64,000 nt of DNA from Acidobacteriota bacterium. GTDB lineage: Bacteria > Acidobacteriota > Vicinamibacteria > Marinacidobacterales > Marinacidobacteraceae. Position numbers and translations under genes: made by a program. Below the pieces are notes generated by a model. The model worked only from the letters and a program-made list of their open reading frames with translations, ran no database searches and was not told where the DNA came from. The stretch lies in NCBI GenBank assembly GCA_022828085.1, contig JAJEIY010000036.1, forward strand, positions 151,783-215,782. Reading direction: 5' to 3'. This document shows positions 1-9,186 of this stretch, piece after piece. Numbering within the stretch: the stretch's first letter is position 1; every line of letters starts with the position of its first letter.

Positions 1-305
1 TCGTCCCAGGCCGAGTCGTCGAAGCCGGGCTCGAAGAAGGCGCCGGGCCGGTCGGCGGGCCGGGGGACGAAGTGGAACTTCCAGTCGCCGTTCAGCGAGA
101 TGCGGCGCGGCGAGTCCGCGGGACGGCCGCGGACGGCGGCGTCCGGGTCGGGATAGGGGGTGAAGGAAGCCCGGGGCGGTTCCCGGCCGATCTGGAAGAC
201 CGTGGGGTCCTGCCAGGGGGGCGGCCCCTCGGGTTGCGCGGCGGCGGCCGCCGGGATTCCGAGCGCGAGCGCGGCAAGGGGGAACGCGCAGCGGCCGCGG
301 ATCAT
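1..305 (-). CDS. beta-galactosidase, glycoside hydrolase family 2, N-terminal fragment; gene runs off the left edge
   Basis: My own translation of the minus strand from the ATG at 305..303 gives MIRGRCAFPLAALALGIPAAAAAQPEGPPPWQDPTVFQIGREPPRASFTPYPD...ISLNGDWKFHFVPRP...FEPGFDDSAWD. This has a signal peptide and the canonical GH2 N-terminal sugar-binding motifs (R..F.PY, SLNG.W.F, FDDS.W). The start overlaps the stop of the upstream gene as ATGA at 302..305. Confidence 0.7.
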   Translation of the reverse strand, partial: MIRGRCAFPLAALALGIPAAAAAQPEGPPPWQDPTVFQIGREPPRASFTPYPDPDAAVRGRPADSPRRISLNGDWKFHFVPRPADRPGAFFEPGFDDSAWD

Positions 306-2329
306 TGCGGGAGGGGATCCTCCGGCGCCGCCAGATCGCCGGACTCGATGAACGCCATGACCCCGAAGAGCGCGCCCCAGGAGTGGAAGGGGTCGCTCGA
401 GAGGCGCTCGTCGTCCCCCGTTCCGGTAATCGAGGAGATGTTCTCGCTCACGTAGCCCTTGCGCCGCCACTCCCTGAGAAACATATCGAGAGAACGCGCC
501 GAAAGCTCGGCCGCGGTGGCGCGATCGCCCGCCCGCCGGAGCCCCAGGTAGGTGAGGAAGTTGAGCGGCGGCCAGATGGCGCCCTTCCAGTAGCGCTGGC
601 GGGGGAACGAGGGGTCGTCGCGGGTGGTGGACGGCAATACGAACTCGCCCCAGAACTCCTCCGGATTGAGCAGATGCTCCTGGATGAGCCTGCCGGCGCG
701 CGCTTCGGAGGCCACGCCGGCGAGGAGCGGGTAGAAGAGGGTGGGGGAGCGGCGCTCGGAGGGCCGGCCGAGGTCGGTGCGGTAGTTGAGGTAATAGCCG
801 CGGTCTTCGTCCCAGAGCGCGTCGAGCGCCTCGCTAAAGGCATCCGCCCGGGCTTCGAGTTCCTCCGCCGCGGCGTCGCGTCCCAGGAGCCGCGCCAGTT
901 CGGCAAGGGCCCGGCAGTCGGCGATGTAGAGGCTGGTGAGCCCGACGTCCTGGAGTTCCATGACGTTCCGCTGTCGGTTGAAGGGCACGTCCTCGTACAT
1001 CGGGGAGTCGTCCATGCCGGACTCGTAGCCGGCCGCCGTCTTTGTCCGCACCACGGGCTCGGCGAAGGGGTTTTTCGCTTCGTGGGACCCGTAAGAGAGC
1101 AGGCCGCCGTTGGCGCGGGCCTCCGGCCACCAGCGGTTCCAGGCGAGCAGCGGCTCGAATGCCGCCTCCAGGAGCCAGCGCTCGGGGAAGCGCCGATAGA
1201 CCTCGCGCACCATGATCGCCCCCACCGGCGGCTGGGAGCGGTCCCAGGACTTGCTCCCGTTTCCCCGGTTGTCGTTCGGCAGGAAGCCCTCGGGGGTGTG
1301 GCCCCGGAGGTGTTCGACGATGCCGGCGAGCGCCAGGTCGCGGCCTTCGAGCGCCGCGAGGTAGCCCAGGAAGAAGTTGTCCCAGCCGAAGAGCGCGACG
1401 CCGCCGTACTCACGGTTCCAGAGCCGGCCGACGGTGGGGACCACCCGTTCGTGGCCCGGCTCGTAGACGGTGTTCCAGGCGAAACCGGAGGTCACCGCGA
1501 GCCAGGCTTCCGCGAGTTCCCCGTATGCGGCGGCGCGGGCTTCGAGTTCGGCGCGGCGCGCGTCGAGGATGCGCCGGAGGTCACCGGTCGACTTCGGTTC
1601 CGTCGCGGGGCGTCCGGTGTAGACGCCGACGGGCCCGGTGAGCCGCACCACCCGGTGCGGGGTGAGATCGCCCGCGTAGGGATCGGCCTCCACGGTTCCG
1701 GCGACCCGGACGAGCCGCTCGCCTCCCGGCGTCCGGGCCAGGAGGCCGCCCTGCACGGATTCCACCGCGCCGGGCCGGTTCCAGGCCAGGCCCGCGCTCA
1801 CCACCAGTTCGAACGGCGCGCCGGGATCAGGCTCCGGAGTCACGAGGACCGAGAGTTCGCCATCCTCGCCGTGTCCCGCTTCCACGGTGGCGGTGAGGCC
1901 GCGCCAGGCGATCTCGAGCCGCTGGTAGGACCCGTCCACCGCGCGGATGCCGGGACGGACCCGTTCCGCGCCCTCCTCCCGTTTCCCGATGAGCGCCTCC
2001 GTCAGGTGGTCCTCTTCGAGGTAGCGGTGCCGCTTGAGGCCGAGGTTCACGCCGAGCCCGTCGGGCAGGAGGACGTAGCGCAGCACGCTGCGGCTGTCCC
2101 AGGTGTTCCAGCCGGTCTGGAGGCGCTCCTGGATGGCGTGGTACTCGGGGACGTCCCCGATCGTGGCGTCGTATTCGGCGTACCGGTCCGGCCAGTCGGG
2201 GCTGGCATCACCGGAGGAGTCCGCCGGTGCGGGCTCGGAAGGGGCGCACGCGGCGCCGAGCGCGAGAGCGACCAGGAAGACGGGGAGCCTCGCCGGCACT
2301 CCCTGCGCCGCGGCTATTCCGTCTTCCAA
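302..2329 (-). CDS. six-hairpin (alpha/alpha)6 glycoside hydrolase, GH63-like (YgjK/mannosylglycerate-hydrolase-like), predicted lipoprotein
   Basis: 675-aa ORF. N-terminus LPVFLVALALGAAC is a lipobox-type signal. Long (alpha/alpha)6-barrel-like region with acidic catalytic-type motifs (GWDNFF, YWKGAIWPP). The start may be the TTG at 2329 or the GTG at 2299. Translationally coupled to the GH2 gene. Confidence 0.7.
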   Translation of the reverse strand: MEDGIAAAQGVPARLPVFLVALALGAACAPSEPAPADSSGDASPDWPDRYAEYDATIGDVPEYHAIQERLQTGWNTWDSRSVLRYVLLPDGLGVNLGLKRHRYLEEDHLTEALIGKREEGAERVRPGIRAVDGSYQRLEIAWRGLTATVEAGHGEDGELSVLVTPEPDPGAPFELVVSAGLAWNRPGAVESVQGGLLARTPGGERLVRVAGTVEADPYAGDLTPHRVVRLTGPVGVYTGRPATEPKSTGDLRRILDARRAELEARAAAYGELAEAWLAVTSGFAWNTVYEPGHERVVPTVGRLWNREYGGVALFGWDNFFLGYLAALEGRDLALAGIVEHLRGHTPEGFLPNDNRGNGSKSWDRSQPPVGAIMVREVYRRFPERWLLEAAFEPLLAWNRWWPEARANGGLLSYGSHEAKNPFAEPVVRTKTAAGYESGMDDSPMYEDVPFNRQRNVMELQDVGLTSLYIADCRALAELARLLGRDAAAEELEARADAFSEALDALWDEDRGYYLNYRTDLGRPSERRSPTLFYPLLAGVASEARAGRLIQEHLLNPEEFWGEFVLPSTTRDDPSFPRQRYWKGAIWPPLNFLTYLGLRRAGDRATAAELSARSLDMFLREWRRKGYVSENISSITGTGDDERLSSDPFHSWGALFGVMAFIESGDLAAPEDPLPQ

Positions 2330-3459
2330 AAGGCGATGCCCGAGGCCTGTTTCCCGACTTCGACGACCGCTTCGCGCTCCAGGGATTCGAGGTTGTAGAA
2401 CTCGACGCGCCCGGGTTCGCCGCCGATTTCCTCGACGGTGACGATGGCGAAGCGGCTGTCCGGAGTGATCACCACCCCGTGGGTGATGCGCGCCGAGGCC
2501 GCCACCGAGGCCCGCTCGGTTCCGCTCTCGAGATCCCAGAAGCCGACCGAGTCATTCGTCTTTTCGGTCACCACGAGGTGCCTGCCGTCCGCCGAGACGT
2601 CGACGTTGTAGGGCCCCCGCTGCGTGTGGAACCGGCGCCGGGGCTCCCAGGCCTCGAGGTCCACTTCGAGGACCTGGTTCAACCCCTGGAGCGCGACGTA
2701 GGCGTGTTTGCCGTCGGGAGCCGGCTGGACCCAGGTGGGGCTCGCGGCCGGCCCCCCGCCCATCGCGTGTCCCGCGTGGGGATCGTCCTCCATGACCGCC
2801 TTCGTGGTCTCGTTGTCGCCGGTGAGGCGCATCCGCCGGCTGGCCTGGAACGTCATGGTGTCGATCTCGAACAGCTCGGCGCTCATCATGGCGACCGAGT
2901 AGGCCAGCATCCCGTCGGTGCTCAGCCTCGATCCGTGCGGCATGACGCCCTGCTCGATCTGGGCGATCTCGGTCATCGAGACGGTGTCGATCACCGAGAC
3001 GTTCGAGGGGACGTGGTCGCCGTGCAGGTTGAAGTTCACGACGAACAGGAAGCCGGTCGCCGGGCTGATGTCCATGGTGGCGGGGAAGAGGCCGGCGGTG
3101 GTGTCCGCGACTTCGAGGTCGGTTCCGGTCTCGTACTTGTGGACGGTGCCGTAGGGCATGCCGTGGGCTATGGAGACGTACCAGTGCCGTCCGTCGGGCG
3201 AGACTCGTACGCCGTGCGGTCCCTCGATCTCGTTCGGGAGGATCCCCACGGGGATCCGCCGGAGCAGCTCGCCGCCGTCCGGGCCGAAGCGGACGAGGTC
3301 CACGGTGTCGTCGGACTCGGCCGCCACGTAGGCGAAGTAGTTCTGGTCGGCGCTGGTCTGGGCGGTCGCTGACCCCGCGGCGAAGCAAAGCGCCGCGCAC
3401 AGGGCGGCGGCCAGCCGGCGGGGCGGGGCGTCAGTTCTCATGGATGCGTTTTTCTCCAC
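2314..3459 (-). CDS. YVTN-family beta-propeller repeat protein, secreted
   Basis: 381 aa. Signal peptide (LAAALCAALCFAAGSATA). Repeated ...DG...YV / SPDG.. beta-propeller blades typical of the YncE/YVTN family. GTG start at 3459 or ATG at 3441. Confidence 0.7.
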   Translation of the reverse strand: MEKNASMRTDAPPRRLAAALCAALCFAAGSATAQTSADQNYFAYVAAESDDTVDLVRFGPDGGELLRRIPVGILPNEIEGPHGVRVSPDGRHWYVSIAHGMPYGTVHKYETGTDLEVADTTAGLFPATMDISPATGFLFVVNFNLHGDHVPSNVSVIDTVSMTEIAQIEQGVMPHGSRLSTDGMLAYSVAMMSAELFEIDTMTFQASRRMRLTGDNETTKAVMEDDPHAGHAMGGGPAASPTWVQPAPDGKHAYVALQGLNQVLEVDLEAWEPRRRFHTQRGPYNVDVSADGRHLVVTEKTNDSVGFWDLESGTERASVAASARITHGVVITPDSRFAIVTVEEIGGEPGRVEFYNLESLEREAVVEVGKQASGIAFWKTE

Positions 3460-3539
3460 CGCTCAAGAGGCCCAATGGTACCGGCCGCGCGGTGATGGTG
3501 CTGCCGGAAGGAAACGCCGCCGGCCGGGAGGGCGCCTCC

Positions 3540-3600
3540 GGCTTGGAACGCCGGCCTCCGGCCGGCACCGCGGCGCAGAGCGCCGCGGATAGCGCGATTC
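3540..3600 (+). repeat. intergenic double-hairpin repeat, copy A
   Basis: GGCTTGGAACGCCGGCCTCCGGCCGGCACCGCGGCGCAGAGCGCCGCGG contains two perfect hairpins (GCCGGCC-TCC-GGCCGGC and CCGCGGCGC-AGA-GCGCCGCGG). Near-identical copies occur at 9131-9186, 21163-21215, 25975-26022 and 62062-62110. Confidence 0.6.
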
Positions 3601-3625
3601 CTCGCGCGCAAAGGACTCTCGTCCC

Positions 3626-3853
3626 TCAGCTGCCCAGCTTCTTGTACAGCTCGTCGTACTTCTCGCGACTCTTCCGATAGGCAGCCATGACGTGCGGCCG
3701 GACAAGGCCCCGCTGTCGCTTCTCGACAAGGTCCAGTAGCGCCTCGTCCACGAGCACCGGGAGCCCTAGACCCTCTTTCGCGGCGATCTCGCGGAGCTGC
3801 TCCAGCGTTTCGACGCTGATTTCGAAGGTGATCGCCTGGCGCTTCGACGGCAT
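3626..3853 (-). CDS. ribbon-helix-helix (CopG/antitoxin-like) DNA-binding protein, orphan
   Basis: 75 aa, MPSKRQAITFEISVETLEQLREIAAKEGLGLPVLVDEALLDLVEKRQ... The N-terminal beta-strand plus two helices is the RHH signature. It forms the 3' end of a spurious 783-aa antisense ORF. Visibly lower GC and Lys-rich C-terminus compared with neighbours. Confidence 0.65.
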   Translation of the reverse strand: MPSKRQAITFEISVETLEQLREIAAKEGLGLPVLVDEALLDLVEKRQRGLVRPHVMAAYRKSREKYDELYKKLGS

Positions 3854-3895
3854 GTCCGTTTCTTCCGGGCGGAAGGGGTGGCACGATAAGTCATC

Positions 3896-5842
3896 GTGCC
3901 GCATGCCACTCGGATCCCCGCCCGTGTTTCGTTCCGCCCGAGCCGGTTCGCCCGCTCGCAAGTCCTTTTCCGGGCGCTGGGTTTCGGCGCCCTCGCTCTC
4001 ACGGCCTGTGGCGGCCCCTCCGGGGGTGAAGGTCCGGGTAATGCGCGGGTCCCCCTCACCCTCGAGAACATCTACCGCGATGCCCGGGGCGGCGTCTTCT
4101 TCGCCGCGATCTCGCCCGACGGCCGCTGGGTGGCGGCGGTGGCCGAGAGCGCCGATGGCCGCGGCATCCACGTGCTCGACCTCACCGAGGAACCGCCCGT
4201 CCCGCGCTTCTGGCTGTCCGGAAGCTCCCCGGCCTGGTCGCCGGACAGCCGCCGGATCGCCTTCCTGCGTGACGGGAATCTCTTCCGCGCCCCGGTCGGC
4301 GATCCGGACGCCGTTCAGCTCACCGACGGGCTGGAAGGCGTCCGCGCCCCCGCCTGGTCCCCGGACGGGGGGACCGTGGCCGTGATGGCGAGCGCGAGCG
4401 GCAGCCAGGACGTGTGGCTGGTCCCGGCGTCGGGCGGCGACCCGCGCCAGCTCACCTCGGGCGCCATGACCGCCGACGAGGTGCGGTTTGGAGTTTCCTG
4501 GTCGCCCGACGGCGGGACGGTCGCCTACGTCGGGAACAAGGCGGACTACCGTGCCGACGACGTCTGGATTGCCGATGCCGCGACCGGCGGCGAACGCCGG
4601 CTCACCACTTCGATCCGCGCCATCTCCACGGTCCCCGCGTGGTCTCCCGACGGCGGCCGGCTTGCGGTCCTCGGTGTGAAGAACGAGCAGTACTGGTATC
4701 TCGACATCGCCGATCTCTATCTCCTCGACCCGGCGGGCGGCCCGGAAGAACCGCTCCCCATGTCCTCCTTCACCACTGCCTACCGGTTCCGCCCGTTCTG
4801 GTCCGGTGACGGCGCGCGCCTGTTCTTCACCCACCAGGAGCGCGGCGAACACCACCTGTGGTCGGTTCCCGCGGCGGGCGGCGCGGCCACCCGCCTGACG
4901 AACCTCGGCGGAGTGTTCGGAAGCGTCACCGCGAGCACGGGTGCGGAGCGCTTCGCCTTCGTCCGTTCTTCCGCCACCGAAGGGTCCGATCTCTACACCG
5001 TGCCGGCGTCCGGCGGCCCGGCGGAGCGCTTGACCCAACTTGCGCCCCGCTGGGACGGGGTCCAGTCGCCGCGCGAGATCTCCTACCGCAGCTTCGACGG
5101 CCACTACATCCAGGGGTTCCTCTATCTCCCGCCGGAGGCCGAGGCCGGCGGCGTCTGCCCGGCGCTCGTGCAGGTCCACGGCGGCGGGACGAATTCCTAC
5201 CTGGCGGGCCCCAACCTCGCGGACCAGTACCTCGCTTTCCGGGGCTTCGTCGTGCTTGCCGTGAACTACCGGGGCGGCTCCGGGTTCGGGCGGGAGTTCC
5301 AGGACCTCGGAGACGAGGACTGGCTGAACGAACAGGCCCTCGATCCCGGAGCCGCCGCCGACTGGCTGCGGGAGCAGCCGTACGTGAGCGGCCGGGTCGG
5401 CATCTACGGCTACAGCTACGGCGGCATGCAGAGCATGGCGGCGATCACCCGCACCCCGGACAAGTTCGACGCCGCCGCGCCGATGGCAGGGATCTACTCC
5501 GAGCGGCAGACCTTCGAGCACCAGGACCGGCTGGGCCGGATCTTCACGATCGACGGCCACGGGGGGCTGCCCGAGGAGCGTCCGGACATATACGACAAGA
5601 CGGAGACCCTCGCCCGCATCGGCAACATCACCGCTCCGGTCCTGATCCAGCACGGGGAGCGCGACGTCCGGGCGCCGTTCCTGAACTTCGAGCTCGCGGT
5701 CGCCGCTTTCGAGGAACACGGGATCGAGTACGAAGCCCATACCTATCCCGAGGGACACGGCTTCCGCGACCCCGAGAACCGGATCGCGCTCTACCGCCGG
5801 GTCGAGGAGTTCTTCGGCAAACACCTCGGTGGTTGCCGCTGA
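3896..5842 (+). CDS. S9 family serine peptidase (prolyl oligopeptidase/acylaminoacyl-peptidase type) with N-terminal TolB-like beta-propeller; lipoprotein
   Basis: 648 aa. Signal plus lipobox (ALALTACGG). Repeated WSPDG propeller blades. C-terminal alpha/beta hydrolase with the GYSYGG nucleophile elbow and the D and H of the triad (ERD...GHGF). Confidence 0.9.
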   Translation: MPHATRIPARVSFRPSRFARSQVLFRALGFGALALTACGGPSGGEGPGNARVPLTLENIYRDARGGVFFAAISPDGRWVAAVAESADGRGIHVLDLTEEPPVPRFWLSGSSPAWSPDSRRIAFLRDGNLFRAPVGDPDAVQLTDGLEGVRAPAWSPDGGTVAVMASASGSQDVWLVPASGGDPRQLTSGAMTADEVRFGVSWSPDGGTVAYVGNKADYRADDVWIADAATGGERRLTTSIRAISTVPAWSPDGGRLAVLGVKNEQYWYLDIADLYLLDPAGGPEEPLPMSSFTTAYRFRPFWSGDGARLFFTHQERGEHHLWSVPAAGGAATRLTNLGGVFGSVTASTGAERFAFVRSSATEGSDLYTVPASGGPAERLTQLAPRWDGVQSPREISYRSFDGHYIQGFLYLPPEAEAGGVCPALVQVHGGGTNSYLAGPNLADQYLAFRGFVVLAVNYRGGSGFGREFQDLGDEDWLNEQALDPGAAADWLREQPYVSGRVGIYGYSYGGMQSMAAITRTPDKFDAAAPMAGIYSERQTFEHQDRLGRIFTIDGHGGLPEERPDIYDKTETLARIGNITAPVLIQHGERDVRAPFLNFELAVAAFEEHGIEYEAHTYPEGHGFRDPENRIALYRRVEEFFGKHLGGCR

Positions 5843-5862
5843 GCGGCCGTTCGACCGGGTTC

Positions 5863-5900
5863 GCCGTGGCCGCACGGCCCCGAGTATCGGTATATTGGAA
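5863..5900 (+). terminator. candidate intrinsic terminator downstream of the S9 peptidase gene
   Basis: GCCGTG-GCCG-CACGGC hairpin (5863-5878) followed by a T-containing tract tatcggtatattgg. Confidence 0.3.
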
Positions 5901-5975
5901 ACCGTGCCGCGTGGCGCGACTGGCGATCGCGGAGGCTGAAACCAGGTCTCGCGGGACGTGACGGAGGGGGTTCGC

Positions 5976-7523
5976 ATGAACGAGACGATTCAGGCCATCC
6001 TGCAACGCGTGATGGATGCGGGGATTGACTACGTCCCCACGGTCCTTGGCGCCCTCGGCATCCTGGTGCTGGGCTGGCTCATCGCGCTGGTGTTGCGAAC
6101 GCTGGTCATCCGGGTGCTGCGGCGCACCACGATTGACGATCGGTTGGGCGAGTGGATCACCGGGCGCAAGGACATCGAAGTCGAAAGCGCCGCCGGTTCC
6201 GTCGTGTTCTGGATCGCCATGCTCTTCGTGGTGATGGCCGTGTTCCAGACGCTACGGCTGACGGACCTGGCCGAGCCGCTCAACGTCTTCCTGACCGAAC
6301 TGAGCCTCTTCGCGTCCCGCCTCGGCGGGGCTGCCGCGCTCCTGCTGCTTGCCTGGGCCGTGGCCACCGTGGTGCGCAACGTCCTGTCCGGGATCCTCGG
6401 CCGGGTGGACCTCGACCGCCGGCTCGGCGCCGTCCGCGACGACGGTTCCGTCGCGCCCGCCCTTACCGCGAGCATCAGCCAGGCGGGGTACTGGCTTGTT
6501 TTCCTGCTCTTCCTGCCCGCGGTTCTCGGCGCGCTGGCCCTCGAGGGGCTGCTACAGCCGGTGCAGGCGCTGATCGACGAGTTGCTGGGCTTCTTGCCGA
6601 ACCTGCTCGGCGCCGGCGTCACCCTGGCGATCGGCTGGTTCGTGGCCAGCCTGGTGCGGCGCATAACGGCCAACCTGGGGACCGCTGCCGGCCTCGACCG
6701 CGCCGGAGAGCGCCTCGGCCTGAAGCCCGTTCTGGGCCAGATGAATCTGTCGGCCCTGATCGGCTACGTGGTGTACGGCCTGATCCTGATCCCGGTGCTG
6801 ATCGCGACGCTCAACACTCTCGAGCTCGACGCCGTGACCGCGCCGGCCAGCCAGATGCTGGGGTCCATCCTGGCCGCGATTCCCATGCTGTTCGGCGCCG
6901 TGCTCGTGGTGTTCGTCGCCTACGTGGTGGGACGAGTGTTGGCGAACCTGGTCCAGACAGTGCTGGCTGGCGCCGGCTTCGACAACATTTCGGTGGGACT
7001 GGGTCTGTCTCGCACCCAGTTCGAGGGCCGGAGTCCGTCGCAGATCGCCGGGATGCTGATCCTGGTGACGATCATGCTGCTCGCTTCCATCGAGTCCGCG
7101 AATCTGCTGGGATTCGAGTCCCTGAGCGCCCTGATCCGCGACTTCCTGGTGCTCGGCGGCCGCATCGTTTTCGGGTTGGTGCTGCTGGCGGTCGGGCTGT
7201 TCCTCGCGAAGCTGGCGGCCGGCACCATCGCTGCGAGCGGTCTGCGGCACGGTCCCTGGCTGGCGATGGCGGCCCGCGTTTCGATCCTGGTGCTGTCGGG
7301 GGCGGTGGCGCTTCGTCACATGGGGCTTGCCAACGAGATCATCACCGTCGCCTTCGGCACGCTCTTCGGTGGCGTCGCGGTGGCGGCGGTGCTCGCGTTC
7401 GGCCTCGGTTCACGCCACGTCGCCACCCGGCTGGTGGACGAATGGATGGACCGCTGGAGCGGTACCCGGAACTCGGCGAACGGGCCCCCGGCGAAGGATT
7501 CGGAATCGGCCGAAGGCGCCTGA
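5976..7523 (+). CDS. polytopic membrane protein with conserved TM-helix repeats (MscS-associated TM_helix type) but no MscS channel domain
   Basis: Highly hydrophobic multi-span protein with repeated GxxxG-rich helices. ATG at 5976 is preceded by GGAGGGGG; the track's GTG at 5958 is an alternative start. Confidence 0.65.
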   Translation: MNETIQAILQRVMDAGIDYVPTVLGALGILVLGWLIALVLRTLVIRVLRRTTIDDRLGEWITGRKDIEVESAAGSVVFWIAMLFVVMAVFQTLRLTDLAEPLNVFLTELSLFASRLGGAAALLLLAWAVATVVRNVLSGILGRVDLDRRLGAVRDDGSVAPALTASISQAGYWLVFLLFLPAVLGALALEGLLQPVQALIDELLGFLPNLLGAGVTLAIGWFVASLVRRITANLGTAAGLDRAGERLGLKPVLGQMNLSALIGYVVYGLILIPVLIATLNTLELDAVTAPASQMLGSILAAIPMLFGAVLVVFVAYVVGRVLANLVQTVLAGAGFDNISVGLGLSRTQFEGRSPSQIAGMLILVTIMLLASIESANLLGFESLSALIRDFLVLGGRIVFGLVLLAVGLFLAKLAAGTIAASGLRHGPWLAMAARVSILVLSGAVALRHMGLANEIITVAFGTLFGGVAVAAVLAFGLGSRHVATRLVDEWMDRWSGTRNSANGPPAKDSESAEGA

Positions 7524-7674
7524 CCGGGGCAGCGGCCCGGAGCGGCGGCGGTCTTCAGGGGGAGTCGCGGTCCGGGGGCCGGCGCCCCGCCCATGCGAGC
7601 CCCCCGGGCCGGGAGGGGCGGCGGCGCAGTACGATCCCGCCGCGGCGCGGCCGCCGCGACCAGAGGAGGATCCG

Positions 7675-9063
7675 GTGACGGAGTCGAAGATCAGAATCGA
7701 ACGAGACACCCTCGGGGAGGTGACCGTTCCGGCGGAGCGGCTCTACGGGGCGCAGACCGAGCGCTCCCGGCAGAACTTCCGGATATCCGGCGAGCGGATG
7801 CCCCGGGAAATCGTCTCCGCGCTGGCGCTCGTCAAGAAGGCGGCCGCGCTGGTGAACCGGGACCTCGGCCGGATCTCGGAAGACAAGGCGGACGCCATCG
7901 CGGCGGCGGCCGACGAGGTGCTCGCCGGGGGGCATCCGGACGAGTTCCCCCTCCTCGTCTGGCAGACGGGCAGCGGCACCCAGTCCAACATGAACATGAA
8001 CGAGGTGCTGGCGAACCGGGCGAGCGAGATCCTCGGCGGATCCCGCGGCGAGGGGCGGCTCATCCACCCGAACGACGACGTCAACCGCGGCCAGTCCTCG
8101 AACGACGTGTTCCCCACCGCGATGCACGTAGCGGCGGTGCTGGCGCTCGAGGAGCGGGTCCTCCCCGCGGTGCGCGGGCTGGCGGCGGCGCTCGCCGAAA
8201 GGGCGGAGGCCTTCCACTCGGTGGTGAAGATCGGCCGCACCCATCTCCAGGACGCCACCCCGCTCACCCTCGGCCAGGAGTTCTCGGGCTACGCCGCCCA
8301 ACTGGACCACGGCGCCGCCCGGATCGAAGCTTCGCTACCGCACCTCCGGGAGCTGGCGCTCGGGGGCACCGCGGTGGGGACGGGCCTGAACGCCCACCCC
8401 GAGATGGGGGCGCGGGCCGCGACCTGGCTGACCCGGCTCACCGGCTGCCAGTTCGTGACCGCCCCCAACAAGTTCGAGGCGCTCGCCTCGAAGGACGCCC
8501 TGGTCGCGGGCCACGGCGCGCTGAAGACGGTGGCGGTGTCGCTCCACAAGATCGCGAACGACATCCGCTGGCTGGCCTCCGGCCCGCGCTCCGGGATCGG
8601 GGAGATCCGGATCCCGGCGAATGAACCCGGGAGTTCCATCATGCCGGGCAAGGTAAATCCGACCCAGTCCGAGGCGCTCCTCATGGCGACCGCCCAGGTT
8701 CTCGGGAACGACGTCGCCATCGGGGTCGGTGGGGCGGGGGGTAACTTCGAGTTGAACGTGATGAAGCCGCTGATCGCCCACAATTTCCTCGGAAGCGCGC
8801 GGCTCGTCGCGGACGGCTGCGACAGCTTCCGGGAACGCTGCGTGGTCGGCATCGAGCCGAACGAGGGACGCCTCCGCGAGAACCTGGAGCGCTCGCTCAT
8901 GCTCGTCACCGCGCTGAACCCGCACATCGGGTACGACAACGCGGCGAAGATCGCCAAGAAGGCCTATGCCGACGGGACCTCGCTCCGGGAAGCGGCGCTC
9001 GCGCTGGGCCTGCTCACCGCGGAGCAGTTCGACGCGTGGGTCCGGCCCGACGCGATGGTCTGA
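7675..9063 (+). CDS. fumC: fumarate hydratase class II
   Basis: Full-length match to class II fumarase/aspartase family (GSSxMPxKxN signature [26 protein letters not shown]). GTG start at 7675 preceded by AGGAGGA. The upstream part of the track ORF (7327-7674) is spurious. Confidence 0.93.
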   Translation: MTESKIRIERDTLGEVTVPAERLYGAQTERSRQNFRISGERMPREIVSALALVKKAAALVNRDLGRISEDKADAIAAAADEVLAGGHPDEFPLLVWQTGSGTQSNMNMNEVLANRASEILGGSRGEGRLIHPNDDVNRGQSSNDVFPTAMHVAAVLALEERVLPAVRGLAAALAERAEAFHSVVKIGRTHLQDATPLTLGQEFSGYAAQLDHGAARIEASLPHLRELALGGTAVGTGLNAHPEMGARAATWLTRLTGCQFVTAPNKFEALASKDALVAGHGALKTVAVSLHKIANDIRWLASGPRSGIGEIRIPANEPGSSIMPGKVNPTQSEALLMATAQVLGNDVAIGVGGAGGNFELNVMKPLIAHNFLGSARLVADGCDSFRERCVVGIEPNEGRLRENLERSLMLVTALNPHIGYDNAAKIAKKAYADGTSLREAALALGLLTAEQFDAWVRPDAMV

Positions 9064-9130
9064 CGATCCACACCGGGGTCGGCGCGGTTCTCCGCTGGAG
9101 GCTGCAACCCGCAGGCGCGGCACGGATCAC

Positions 9131-9186
9131 GGGAACGCGCCCTGCGGCGCTCCGCGCCGCGTGCCGGCCTGGAGGCCGGCGTTCCC
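9131..9186 (-). repeat. intergenic double-hairpin repeat, copy C, between convergent fumC and etfA
   Basis: The reverse complement GGGAACGCCGGCCTCCAGGCCGGCACGCGGCGCGGAGCGCCGCAGGGCGCGTTCCC aligns with copy A, and has an outer GGGAACGC/GCGTTCCC stem. Confidence 0.6.

Noticed and set aside
305-2398. 697-aa plus-strand ORF and nested ORFs (72..455, 448..1413)
   Set aside because: Antisense to the GH63-like gene; low-complexity translations typical of open frames in GC-rich DNA.
3626-5977. 783-aa minus-strand ORF
   Set aside because: Apart from its last 75 codons (the RHH gene) it is antisense to the S9 peptidase. It gives a low-complexity R/G/P/D-rich translation with no family motifs, whereas the plus strand has GYSYGG and propeller repeats.
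6152-7678. 508-aa alternative plus-frame ORF inside the TM-helix-repeat gene
   Set aside because: Out-of-frame; Arg/Gly/Pro-rich with no hydrophobic segments, unlike the chosen frame.
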